Source of the DNA: a virus
Lineage: Duplodnaviria; Heunggongvirae; Uroviricota; Caudoviricetes
Virus record (IMG/VR): IMGVR_UViG_3300020045_006153
Span: 1-51,549 of that record
DNA: 51,549 bases
Direction: 5' to 3' (one strand)
Below are positions 37,201 through 45,415 of this stretch, piece after piece. Every line of letters begins with the position of its first letter. Position 1 is the first letter of the stretch. The translations under genes were made by a program, and so were the position numbers. The notes beneath the pieces were generated by a model that worked only from the letters and a program-made list of their open reading frames with translations, ran no database searches and had not been told where the DNA came from.

Positions 37201-38646
37201 ACAACTAGTACATTATCTAGTTTAAAAGTTGATGACGTTGCAATGTTTGGTCATACACACTTTAATTACAAATTCTCAGCCGCCGCAGTGCAAGTCGATA
37301 GCAATGCAAATGCATATTCGCAAGTAGTTCATAAAAATCATAGCAACGGAACTAACGCATCTGCTGGTTTCACTTCGTTTAACAATACAGGTACAGACGG
37401 TGCAAGTTATATTACTACTGGAATTGTTTCTAGCAATTTTACAGACCCTAATTTCACAACATTATTACCTAACGACGGATACATGTTTAACTATAGCGGT
37501 AATTTAGTCATAGGAACTCAAACTTCTAACAACGTTATTAAGTTTCACACCGGCGGCGGGAATATAGATAAAATACGTGTTATTATTAACGATAATGGGC
37601 TAACTGTAATTAATACTGCGACAGCAGCACAGTTTGTAGGACCATTAGTTGGAGATGTTACTGGATCAATTTCAGGAAATGCAGAGTCAGTTACTAACGG
37701 CGTATATATTACTGAAAACTACATAAATCCTAATTGGATAACGAGTATTGCAGGCTCTAAAGTTACTGGAATAGTACCACAAGCATCCACAGTAACTAAC
37801 GGAATATATTTAACTGACACAGGAAGTGTAACTAACACTATGTTAGCAGGTAATATTGCGAATAACAAACTTGCTAACAATCAAATTACAATAAATGCAG
37901 GAACTGGTATAAATGTAAGTGTTGCATCACCTAGTCTAGGTGGAAACACTACTATTAGTAACACGGGAGTTACTACGATCACTGCTGGAACTGCTACGAA
38001 TGTTAGCACATCCACTGGCAATGTTGTTATATGGGCGTCTATTCCAATAGGGTATACCGGAAGCACCGGCGCAGGGTATACTGGTAGTCAAGGCACAATC
38101 GGATATACCGGAAGCACCGGTTACACTGGAAGTATCGGATTTGTTGGATCACAAGGCACTACCGGATCATTCTCGGGAAGTACAAGTACACAAATACTTT
38201 TTACTAATTCAACAGTATCTACAAGTACAACAACCGGAGCATTAGTTGTATCAGGCGGCATTGCATCAGGTGACGGCATTACAATTGGCGGTTCTCTTAA
38301 GTATACTACTGCAACTAACAATGTATTATCAGTTACTCAATTAACTAATAAATCTACTCCAGTGACTGCAAACGGTAGAACTGGAAGAATAATAATGCAT
38401 GCAGCAGCATTAGCCGGTGCAGCCTATGTTACTTTTACGGTAAACAACACATTTATAAAGAATTCAACAGATGTTGTTATTGTAAATATTCAAAATCCAA
38501 TTACTCTTCCTAACAATTATCTAGTAACAGTGTCGGGTGTATCAACTAACAGTTTTAATATTACTTTGTATAATGCAGATACTGGTGGCGGGTCGTCTCA
38601 TTCTGATGCAGTCGTATTAAACTTTGCAGTAATTAACGTAGGTTAA
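34222..38646 (+). CDS. Large virion structural protein (baseplate-anchored tail-fibre-like), 1474 aa
   Basis: N-terminal INTGTAPNQGNGDTLRTAFTKINTNF resembles the T4 gp9/gp10-type N-terminal motif; T/S/G/N-rich; short GYTGS collagen-like run; TAAATA at 34195-34200. Confidence 0.75.
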   Translation: MAIQYINTGTAPNQGNGDTLRTAFTKINTNFKLIENLEGFAPATTSTIGAVMIGAGITVNTLTGLISAFTGDYTNLQNIPQALGITDSPTFNNLLVINELSVGVPIGTPPINTKINVTYDTDAYTQTLFQNFNSGAGATTDLIIPNDAGTWDSNMLDIGINSSNYVESEFSLQTPGSAYMFTNGVDLFVGTQSPGTKLYFHAGGTTTSDSGGFLDAYAWNFNRSVNTIVATPGALNFTVQNTSADAAATAIYQAKNEVGATLIMGVTSSYYNGIPADPLGPNEAFIRTNNTGETMHIGGTSNLQFYAASEGTPHYGLPALTLSHHGVDAILDRNWIPFDSEEYDLGSLNATWRSLYLSTGTIYMGGIAIQMNTSTRQLTVDGIVIGESTPPNILTSGTYTVSLSSIGELSMLNGTTFSNSTASVVFNMTDAIVSEILTYSTTSTDQLVVGQYGITTTINAPFTVTEFVTSPVATLLIGDILSGPGYSIPSNIVYVGTGTWTSVVITNTDLSTAPPITHPLPATEVTIARPTTTLAFDIQSPNNTSILVNPGTSGNVIINQDVIPFENNVQSLGSTLNRWKHIWLGGGSIFMKDEIANIDVGITAKNNLLTILGSTGLSIGEFVLQDNTIKIANKSRDIIIGESTATGYVQFNRPVRMKNNVNDTSFEVNRNGYTSIHATPSLLSSVLTIVGSDNRDVQPISNTGSMLHITGKEGISANVTVDAYNSFANWSTRRANGTPTTSTQVTNNQLLSRIIATAYGSNGYVTDGAHIDWVASETTTAGASGNKIEIWTTPKGTASAIRVVTIDSTGTSINTSTGGINFFDGSRQTTAFTGTVSASNITGLNAAAVTSISIGTGLSGNTGPGVASINNTGVLDVQGAVNQIYVNGVTSSTNGHIILSLPQNIATTSNVTFNDINITGTLNFLSTGTVLIPNTVEGATLYLGFTSTNASQIDGGGILLGNTSTGIQSILWNRTNNYWDFNGSGINTQELIATTSTLSSLKVDDVAMFGHTHFNYKFSAAAVQVDSNANAYSQVVHKNHSNGTNASAGFTSFNNTGTDGASYITTGIVSSNFTDPNFTTLLPNDGYMFNYSGNLVIGTQTSNNVIKFHTGGGNIDKIRVIINDNGLTVINTATAAQFVGPLVGDVTGSISGNAESVTNGVYITENYINPNWITSIAGSKVTGIVPQASTVTNGIYLTDTGSVTNTMLAGNIANNKLANNQITINAGTGINVSVASPSLGGNTTISNTGVTTITAGTATNVSTSTGNVVIWASIPIGYTGSTGAGYTGSQGTIGYTGSTGYTGSIGFVGSQGTTGSFSGSTSTQILFTNSTVSTSTTTGALVVSGGIASGDGITIGGSLKYTTATNNVLSVTQLTNKSTPVTANGRTGRIIMHAAALAGAAYVTFTVNNTFIKNSTDVVIVNIQNPITLPNNYLVTVSGVSTNSFNITLYNADTGGGSSHSDAVVLNFAVINVG

Positions 38647-38679
38647 TTTTAGAAATAAATACACATAATAAAGGATGTT

Positions 38680-38913
38680 ATGGCATTAAATGGAATATCA
38701 ACTAGTACAATATCAGGCGATATAATTGCTACTAAATTATCTAGAAGAAATCAAAAGTTGGCAATTGCCGCGATTAAGCGATCAGATACTGGCACAAATA
38801 GTTATAGACTATTGCATACTATATCTGGAACACATATTGCATACGTAAGTACATCTACTACAAGTACTGTTAGCGGCTCAGCAAGTCCAAATATCGGCCA
38901 CCCGTGGGCGTAA
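38680..38913 (+). CDS. Small hypothetical late protein, 77 aa
   Basis: AAGGA RBS; TAAATA at 38656-38661. Confidence 0.65.
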   Translation: MALNGISTSTISGDIIATKLSRRNQKLAIAAIKRSDTGTNSYRLLHTISGTHIAYVSTSTTSTVSGSASPNIGHPWA

Positions 38914-38936
38914 TAAATAGCAAGTAAGGAATACAC

Positions 38937-39197
38937 ATGAGAGCCAAAGAATTTTTAAGAGTGTTGAGTAAATTAATAGACTCGATCCCTGCAAAAACTG
39001 CACCACCTGTAACAGTTAACGTAGTAAATAAAATAAGTCCCGATAATAAATCTTCGCCTGAAATAAAAACAGCACTTGATAAAGATGTATTTGTTCCTCC
39101 TTTACAAACTAAAATCGAATTGATGAAAAAATCTGTTGGGCAACAAGATAAAAATGCAGCAATGTTTGGATCAGAAGACGACGGACCGTTTGAATAA
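38937..39197 (+). CDS. Small late protein with MRAKEF N-terminus, 86 aa
   Basis: AAGGA RBS; TAAATA at 38914-38919. Confidence 0.65.
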   Translation: MRAKEFLRVLSKLIDSIPAKTAPPVTVNVVNKISPDNKSSPEIKTALDKDVFVPPLQTKIELMKKSVGQQDKNAAMFGSEDDGPFE

Positions 39198-39206
39198 AGG
39201 TTACTC

Positions 39207-41741
39207 GTGGGAAAAACGTATAAAGTATTCACTAGTAGAACAAATGTAGAATCTAGTGCATTTATCGGAGAATTTGGCCGCATATTTTATGACGAAATAA
39301 CCGGTGAACTACGCATCAGTGACGGTAAAACTCCAGGAGGCAATGCAGTTGCGGGCGGATCCGGTAGTGGTACTGGATATGTTGGATCACGAGGCATAAC
39401 AGGATTTACTGGATTTGTAGGTTCACAAGGCACAACTGGATTTGTAGGTTCACAAGGCACAACCGGTTTCAATGGATCACAAGGGAATATTGGTTTCGTA
39501 GGTAGTACTGGCTTTGTTGGTAGCATCGGATTCGTTGGATCACAAGGCACAACCGGTTTCGTGGGTAGTACTGGATTATCAGGCGATGTCGGGTATACCG
39601 GCAGTGTGGGCTTGTTAGGCGACATTGGATACACAGGTAGCACTGGTTTTGTTGGATCACAAGGAAATATCGGGTTTCAAGGAATAACAGGTGATATTGG
39701 ATACACAGGTAGCATCGGATTCGTTGGATCACAAGGTATACAGGGAGATATCGGTTACGTAGGATCACAGGGAGATATCGGTTACGTAGGATCAACCGGC
39801 GCATCTGGTGATCAATATCATACATTTTCTACAAGCACATTAACTATTCCCGATAGTGGTAATTTTTCTATTATTATAGGAACAGGATTAGCCTATTCAG
39901 TTGAGCAAACTATAATTATTCATGCAGTAATCGATCCAGTTGATCACATCGATGGAACTGTTGTTTCATATAATGAAACAACTGGCGAATTAGTTGCATC
40001 AGTTACAATAGCAACAGGAGTAGGTGATACTTATTCAAATTGGGTAGTTAATCTCTCTGGTGCAGTAGGTGCAATTGGGTTTGTTGGATCACAAGGAACA
40101 ACCGGATTCAATGGAAGTCAAGGGTATTTTGGTTCACAAGGTGCGCAAGGGTATGACGGTTCAAGGGGAATTCAAGGAATCGTTGGGTACACTGGTAGCG
40201 TAGGATACACTGGATCTATTGGATATGTTGGATCAACGGGATTTAACGGAAGCAGAGGTAGCACCGGTTTTGTTGGATCACAAGGAATCGGATATGTTGG
40301 ATCACAAGGAATAACCGGTGGTGCCACTGGTCAAGTATTATTTAATAATGCAGGGTTAGCAACTGGTACAAATAACTTAGTGTTCGATGGTACTGATTTA
40401 ACAGTACAAGGAAATGCAACATTCAACAGTACTGCAACTGTAAACAGTGATATGCATATCACTCAAAATTTAACAGTTGATGGTACTATTAATTTTGCAG
40501 GAACTGCTACTATATTACAAGGAAATTCTGGACAATTTTTTGGTGATACAATAGGCAACGGTGCATTATATGCAGGAGTTGCTACATTTACTCCATTTCC
40601 TCAAACTGTTATACAGGCAACTGGTGATTACAATGGTTACATTGAAATAAATGCACAAAATGTAAATTCCGGACCAATGGCTTCTACTGATATAGTTGCA
40701 ACTGCTGATAACGGTACTATATCAACAGCATACATTAATATGGGGATAACCGGAAGTCAATGGGATGGAACACAACCTAACACTTTAGGATCTGCCGCAG
40801 GAGTTAATGACGGGTATATTTTTGTTTCAGGACCTGACGCTGGCCTGGGAAATTTAGTATTAGGTACTAGTTCTTCGAGTACACATGTTACAATTGTAAC
40901 TGGATCAGAATATAGTATGTTGCCAGTTGCTACATTCAATCAAGTTAATACACCTTCGATTTCTACTACAACTGGTGCATTAGTTGTATCAGGTGGATTA
41001 GGCATACAAGGAAATGTTAATTTATCGTTTGGCTCAAAAATTACAGTCGGATCGGATGTAGCAGCGATTGCATTACCGAATGTTCCTGCACAATTTAGTG
41101 GCAATGTTAACAATTATTTTCAAATCAATACACAAAATATAAATTCAGGAACTTCTGCAAGTACTGATATTGTATTAACTGCCGATAACGGAAACGACAC
41201 GAGTTTTTATATAGATTTAGGGATTGCAAGTAGTAATGCCGCAGTAGCCGGCCAAGAAGTAATTGGTCCAAACGATGGATATTTATATATACAAGGTAAT
41301 GATTTAATTATAGGCACTGCATCAGCAGAAAAGAAGGTTGAATTTTATACCAGTGGTTTATCTACTAGTGCAAGTACGTACCATGTAATGACACTTGCTG
41401 ATAATACAGTTACAATTTATAATAGTTTAAATGTCACTGGTCCTATATATCAAAATGGGGTATCTATAGGAAATGCAATTGAGTTTAGAACAATTAATAG
41501 CAGTACTACATTGTTAGTTAATGATCAATTTGTATTAGCATCTGGTACAATCACATTACAGTTACCAGATGCTACTATAAATAGTGGAAAGCGTTTGCAA
41601 ATTAAGAATATTGACATCGGATCAATTACCGTTATAACTACTAGCACTCAAACAATTGATAGTTATAGCAATATGACAATGACCGAAGTTAATTCATTAA
41701 TGAGTCTTATATCAGACGGCAATAATTGGTTTATTAATTAG
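39207..41741 (+). CDS. Collagen-like fibre protein, 844 aa
   Basis: GTG start; GELRISDGKTPGG N-domain; two long Gly-X-Y blocks (about 39370-39810 and 40065-40325); beta-rich C-terminal modules. Confidence 0.8.
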   Translation: MGKTYKVFTSRTNVESSAFIGEFGRIFYDEITGELRISDGKTPGGNAVAGGSGSGTGYVGSRGITGFTGFVGSQGTTGFVGSQGTTGFNGSQGNIGFVGSTGFVGSIGFVGSQGTTGFVGSTGLSGDVGYTGSVGLLGDIGYTGSTGFVGSQGNIGFQGITGDIGYTGSIGFVGSQGIQGDIGYVGSQGDIGYVGSTGASGDQYHTFSTSTLTIPDSGNFSIIIGTGLAYSVEQTIIIHAVIDPVDHIDGTVVSYNETTGELVASVTIATGVGDTYSNWVVNLSGAVGAIGFVGSQGTTGFNGSQGYFGSQGAQGYDGSRGIQGIVGYTGSVGYTGSIGYVGSTGFNGSRGSTGFVGSQGIGYVGSQGITGGATGQVLFNNAGLATGTNNLVFDGTDLTVQGNATFNSTATVNSDMHITQNLTVDGTINFAGTATILQGNSGQFFGDTIGNGALYAGVATFTPFPQTVIQATGDYNGYIEINAQNVNSGPMASTDIVATADNGTISTAYINMGITGSQWDGTQPNTLGSAAGVNDGYIFVSGPDAGLGNLVLGTSSSSTHVTIVTGSEYSMLPVATFNQVNTPSISTTTGALVVSGGLGIQGNVNLSFGSKITVGSDVAAIALPNVPAQFSGNVNNYFQINTQNINSGTSASTDIVLTADNGNDTSFYIDLGIASSNAAVAGQEVIGPNDGYLYIQGNDLIIGTASAEKKVEFYTSGLSTSASTYHVMTLADNTVTIYNSLNVTGPIYQNGVSIGNAIEFRTINSSTTLLVNDQFVLASGTITLQLPDATINSGKRLQIKNIDIGSITVITTSTQTIDSYSNMTMTEVNSLMSLISDGNNWFIN
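39411..39794 (+). repeat. 27-bp coding tandem repeats in the collagen-like block
   Basis: GGATTTGTAGGTTCACAAGGCACAAC(T/C) twice at 39411-39464, and a perfect CAGGGAGATATCGGTTACGTAGGATCA duplication at 39741-39794. Confidence 0.9.
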
Positions 41742-41748
41742 GAAACAT

Positions 41749-42057
41749 ATGTCATATTTCGAAAGAACAAAAGTAACAAATGCAAATGGTATTGCAATTA
41801 ATCCAGCAACTGACGATAGTTTAACATTACTTCGTAGAATTTTATTATTACTTAAACCATTGGGTATAATTACTGGCAACGGTAGCAATAGACTTAGTGT
41901 TGATGTTAATAACGTTGCTTCTATTACTACTGTATCTACTGTATCTGCATCAACTACAATTAATCAAACAAACATGGGCGGAGTAACAGCATTTGATATG
42001 ATGAAGGCAATGTCACGCACTGCATACAATCAAGGCATTCGTTCACGATTATCATAG
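41749..42057 (+). CDS. Hypothetical structural/accessory protein, 102 aa
   Basis: AGGA RBS; sits in the fibre operon. Confidence 0.65.
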   Translation: MSYFERTKVTNANGIAINPATDDSLTLLRRILLLLKPLGIITGNGSNRLSVDVNNVASITTVSTVSASTTINQTNMGGVTAFDMMKAMSRTAYNQGIRSRLS

Positions 42058-42065
42058 GAATATAA

Positions 42066-44912
42066 ATGGCAAATAATAACTTACAAATGGTAGATTTACC
42101 ATTTTTTGAATTGTGTAATCAAGCACCAACCGCAGCATCAGCACTATCTGCAATGACAACAGTAGAAGAAGGCAATGATCGATTTATTTACTACATTGCT
42201 GGATCGTTATTTTATAGATACGATGCATACGCAGATACATGGCAACAACTTGCAACTCCAGTAGTTGCACCTGCTACTGTATTAGCAATACGATATACTG
42301 GCCGCAGAGGGTTTCATGGTAGAGTGTTATCTGCAACTTCGAATACTATCCAAATTCCAGGATTACGTGGACCTTCATTGGATAATGCTACGTTGACTAT
42401 ATTGGCTGGCCAAGGGCAAGGGCAAGAGCGGGAATTAACATATACCGGCGAAACCGTACATGATGCAGGTGTTATTACCGGTACATCAGTTAATTTATTA
42501 TCTGATTCTACTAAAAAATGGCAAGTTAATCAATGGGCAGGTTATATCGTTGGTATTACATTTGGTATAGATGCAACTCAATATAAAAAAATATTGTATA
42601 ATGATACAACGACTTTGTACATCGCCGACGTAATATTGCAGCCACACGATCCATGGAATAATCAGCCATTTGTAGCGGCAGCGCCATACGCTCTTCCTGT
42701 TACTACTGCTGGATCTCAGGCACATTATCAGATTATGTCGTCTACATATTCTGTTTTAGATTGGGATGTTATTCCTAATTACACAAGTTTCTTCACTGCT
42801 AAAACAGGTGGAATTTACCTAGTATCGTCAACAGCGGCAGCACCATTTTTTACTTTACAATATTATGATGTATTGCATGATTCGTGGCAAGTTAAAACAG
42901 TACCGCAATCGTTAATACTCGGAGCATTAGGCACTGACGTTGCTATTGAACGTACTGGCAAAGTTGGTTCGGCATCCATTACAAAAGTGGGCATAGTTTC
43001 AGGAACCAGCCGAACTCTTGATGATGACGGATTAACACTAATTCCTGGGGCATTTTCCAATTATCGTATTTCAATTATTGCAGGCACTGGCATAGGGCAA
43101 TCTCGTAGGATAGTACACAATAGTGCAACAACATTTACTGTACCTAGAAATTGGGAAATAACCCCAGATAGTACATCAGAATACGAAGTATGGCCAGATT
43201 ATGATCGAATTTACATGGCAGGTACTGGAAATGCTGCGATGTATGCATATTCTCCGGAAAATGATTATTGGATGCAGGGCCAGGCATTTGATGACGGTAT
43301 TGTTTCTAACATGTCTGCTACAATGACCGGATGGATGCCAGTTGGTGTAACATCCGGTGCTCGTATTGCTTCAGGAATACAAGCAATAAATGCAACTCCT
43401 ACTGCAGGAGGTACTAATTATGTAATCGGTGATGTACTCACTATTTCAGTAGGTGGCGGCGGCGCGCAAGTTGTTGTAACTTCAATTTCATCTGGCGGAG
43501 TAGTAACAGGATTAGCATTAGTTAATTCAGGAACTTCAACAGGGTATGCAACTGGCTCAGGAATTGCTACCACAGGAGGAAGTGGAACATTATGCACTGT
43601 GCAAATTACTACTGTTGGACCAACAGTTAACGTAATAACTAGTTCAGCAACTTGGTTTAAGCGAGGTGATAGTATTACATTTGCTGGATGTACTGATGTA
43701 ACGTATAATACTGCTTATACAATTTTAGGAGTATCTGCGGTTACAACTACTTCTTGTACATTTAGTATTGCTACTACTGCGGCTGCTAATATGAGTACAT
43801 CAAATGTACAATCATCAACGGTTATAACAGATTCAACTAAAAATTGGATAGTAAATGAGCACGTGGGTAGGTTAGTTCATGTAATGATTGCAGGTATTGC
43901 TCCTACTTCACAAATACGTTGGATTATTTCTAATACTGCAACGGCTCTCACAGTTTCGTCAATTACTGCGGCAGTAAATGGTACAAGCAAATATACAATT
44001 TATGATTCTAAAATATTCGGAGTCGACAATCAACGTAAAGAAACTACAATGTCTGCATTTGGTGTTGCAACAGGCGGCGGGACAACTACATTAATTGATA
44101 ATACTAAAACTTGGATACCTAATCAATGGGTAGGATATGCATTTAAAATTGAAGCCGGTACTGGTTATGGGTCAGGCCGTATTATAATTACTGCAAATTC
44201 TGCAACAACATTAACGTATACTACTCAATCATTTACTCCTAACTCAAGTACAAAATACGAAATTGCAGATTCTTGGGGATTAGCAACTGCTGGATCTTTA
44301 TCTACATTAACAGAAACAGGTACTAAAAATTGGGTAGTTAATCAATGGGCAGGTAAGAGAATACGATTAACTGGCGGCACGTTGCAAGGAACTGAAACCA
44401 CGCTTACTGCAAATAATGCAACAGCGTTATCACTTACTGGTACACCTGATGCAACTACTACTTACGCAATTTTGGGAATTCCAGTTAGAGGATCAGGAAT
44501 TGCACTGATTTGGACATGGAACGCAACTTCTCCAGTACAAAAGCGTAGCATGTATTTTCCACGAGGCGGCGGATCTAATACATTCGACGTTTACGATATT
44601 GCAACACAGCGTTGGACATTCGGAACATTCGTTAGTCCACAAAATGACGGCCTTACTACTGGTTCAAGTTATGCATACGACGGAACTGATTCGATTATTT
44701 TATCAAGATCAGTTACATCTGGACCAGTTCGTATATTTAAATTTAATATATCAACTAATAGAGTAGTTGGGTTAGCAACTACTACTGTTTTACAAAATGG
44801 CGTGCATGTAGGAAATTTCCTTGAAATCGTTGACTCACCTACGACTGGATTTTCTTATTTGTATTCGTTGCAAAATTCAGGAACGTTATTATCTAGGGCA
44901 CTATTGTTTTAA
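42066..44912 (+). CDS. Repeat-rich beta protein, putative fibre tip or receptor-binding protein, 948 aa
   Basis: About five copies of a D.TK.W..NQW.G...I..G......I..N.AT.L module; propeller-like ends (YDxxxxxWQ). Confidence 0.6.
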   Translation: MANNNLQMVDLPFFELCNQAPTAASALSAMTTVEEGNDRFIYYIAGSLFYRYDAYADTWQQLATPVVAPATVLAIRYTGRRGFHGRVLSATSNTIQIPGLRGPSLDNATLTILAGQGQGQERELTYTGETVHDAGVITGTSVNLLSDSTKKWQVNQWAGYIVGITFGIDATQYKKILYNDTTTLYIADVILQPHDPWNNQPFVAAAPYALPVTTAGSQAHYQIMSSTYSVLDWDVIPNYTSFFTAKTGGIYLVSSTAAAPFFTLQYYDVLHDSWQVKTVPQSLILGALGTDVAIERTGKVGSASITKVGIVSGTSRTLDDDGLTLIPGAFSNYRISIIAGTGIGQSRRIVHNSATTFTVPRNWEITPDSTSEYEVWPDYDRIYMAGTGNAAMYAYSPENDYWMQGQAFDDGIVSNMSATMTGWMPVGVTSGARIASGIQAINATPTAGGTNYVIGDVLTISVGGGGAQVVVTSISSGGVVTGLALVNSGTSTGYATGSGIATTGGSGTLCTVQITTVGPTVNVITSSATWFKRGDSITFAGCTDVTYNTAYTILGVSAVTTTSCTFSIATTAAANMSTSNVQSSTVITDSTKNWIVNEHVGRLVHVMIAGIAPTSQIRWIISNTATALTVSSITAAVNGTSKYTIYDSKIFGVDNQRKETTMSAFGVATGGGTTTLIDNTKTWIPNQWVGYAFKIEAGTGYGSGRIIITANSATTLTYTTQSFTPNSSTKYEIADSWGLATAGSLSTLTETGTKNWVVNQWAGKRIRLTGGTLQGTETTLTANNATALSLTGTPDATTTYAILGIPVRGSGIALIWTWNATSPVQKRSMYFPRGGGSNTFDVYDIATQRWTFGTFVSPQNDGLTTGSSYAYDGTDSIILSRSVTSGPVRIFKFNISTNRVVGLATTTVLQNGVHVGNFLEIVDSPTTGFSYLYSLQNSGTLLSRALLF

Positions 44913-44913
44913 T

Positions 44914-45357
44914 ATGAAACTACTTTTAATTTTATTAATGTTATCTTTATCAATCGGAGTACAGGCTAATGTACCTAAACAAAAAATAGGCAAAACATAC
45001 ACCGCAATTATTACTCGAGTAATTGACGGTGATACTGTTGCGTTTGAAGCCAAGTGGTTACCTGATCCATTAAAGAAAGAATTAAGTATAAGGGTATTTG
45101 GCGTGGACACTCCCGAAAAGGGATTCCGAGCAAAATGCCCTCAAGAAAGCAAAGCAGGACTTGATGCTACTGATTTTACTACCAGCATGGTAAACAATGC
45201 CACTGATAAAAAAGTAATACTAATGGATTGGGACAAATACGGCGGCCGTGTACTAGGTGATGTTATTTTAGATGGTAAGAGTTTACGTACTGAATTAATT
45301 ACAAATGGGTATGCTCGTGAATATTACGGCGAAACAAAACTAAGTTGGTGTAACTAA
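44914..45357 (+). CDS. Thermonuclease (staphylococcal nuclease family) with signal peptide
   Basis: RVIDGDT, IRVFGVDTPE, DKYGGRVLG and GYAREY motifs; MKLLLILLMLSLSIGVQA signal-like start at 44914. Confidence 0.9.
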   Translation: MKLLLILLMLSLSIGVQANVPKQKIGKTYTAIITRVIDGDTVAFEAKWLPDPLKKELSIRVFGVDTPEKGFRAKCPQESKAGLDATDFTTSMVNNATDKKVILMDWDKYGGRVLGDVILDGKSLRTELITNGYAREYYGETKLSWCN

Positions 45358-45415
45358 ACCTGACTACTCAATAATCAATATGTTACACTATATATGCACT
45401 TAAATATGCGTATAT

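Noticed and set aside
39411-39794. 27-bp direct repeats as a possible CRISPR array
   Set aside because: They are in-frame coding repeats of a Gly-X-Y protein with no unique spacers; no cas genes are present.
34222-44912. Diversity-generating retroelement acting on the fibre genes
   Set aside because: No reverse transcriptase and no near-identical TR/VR pair differing at adenines were seen; the shared modules are diverged protein repeats.
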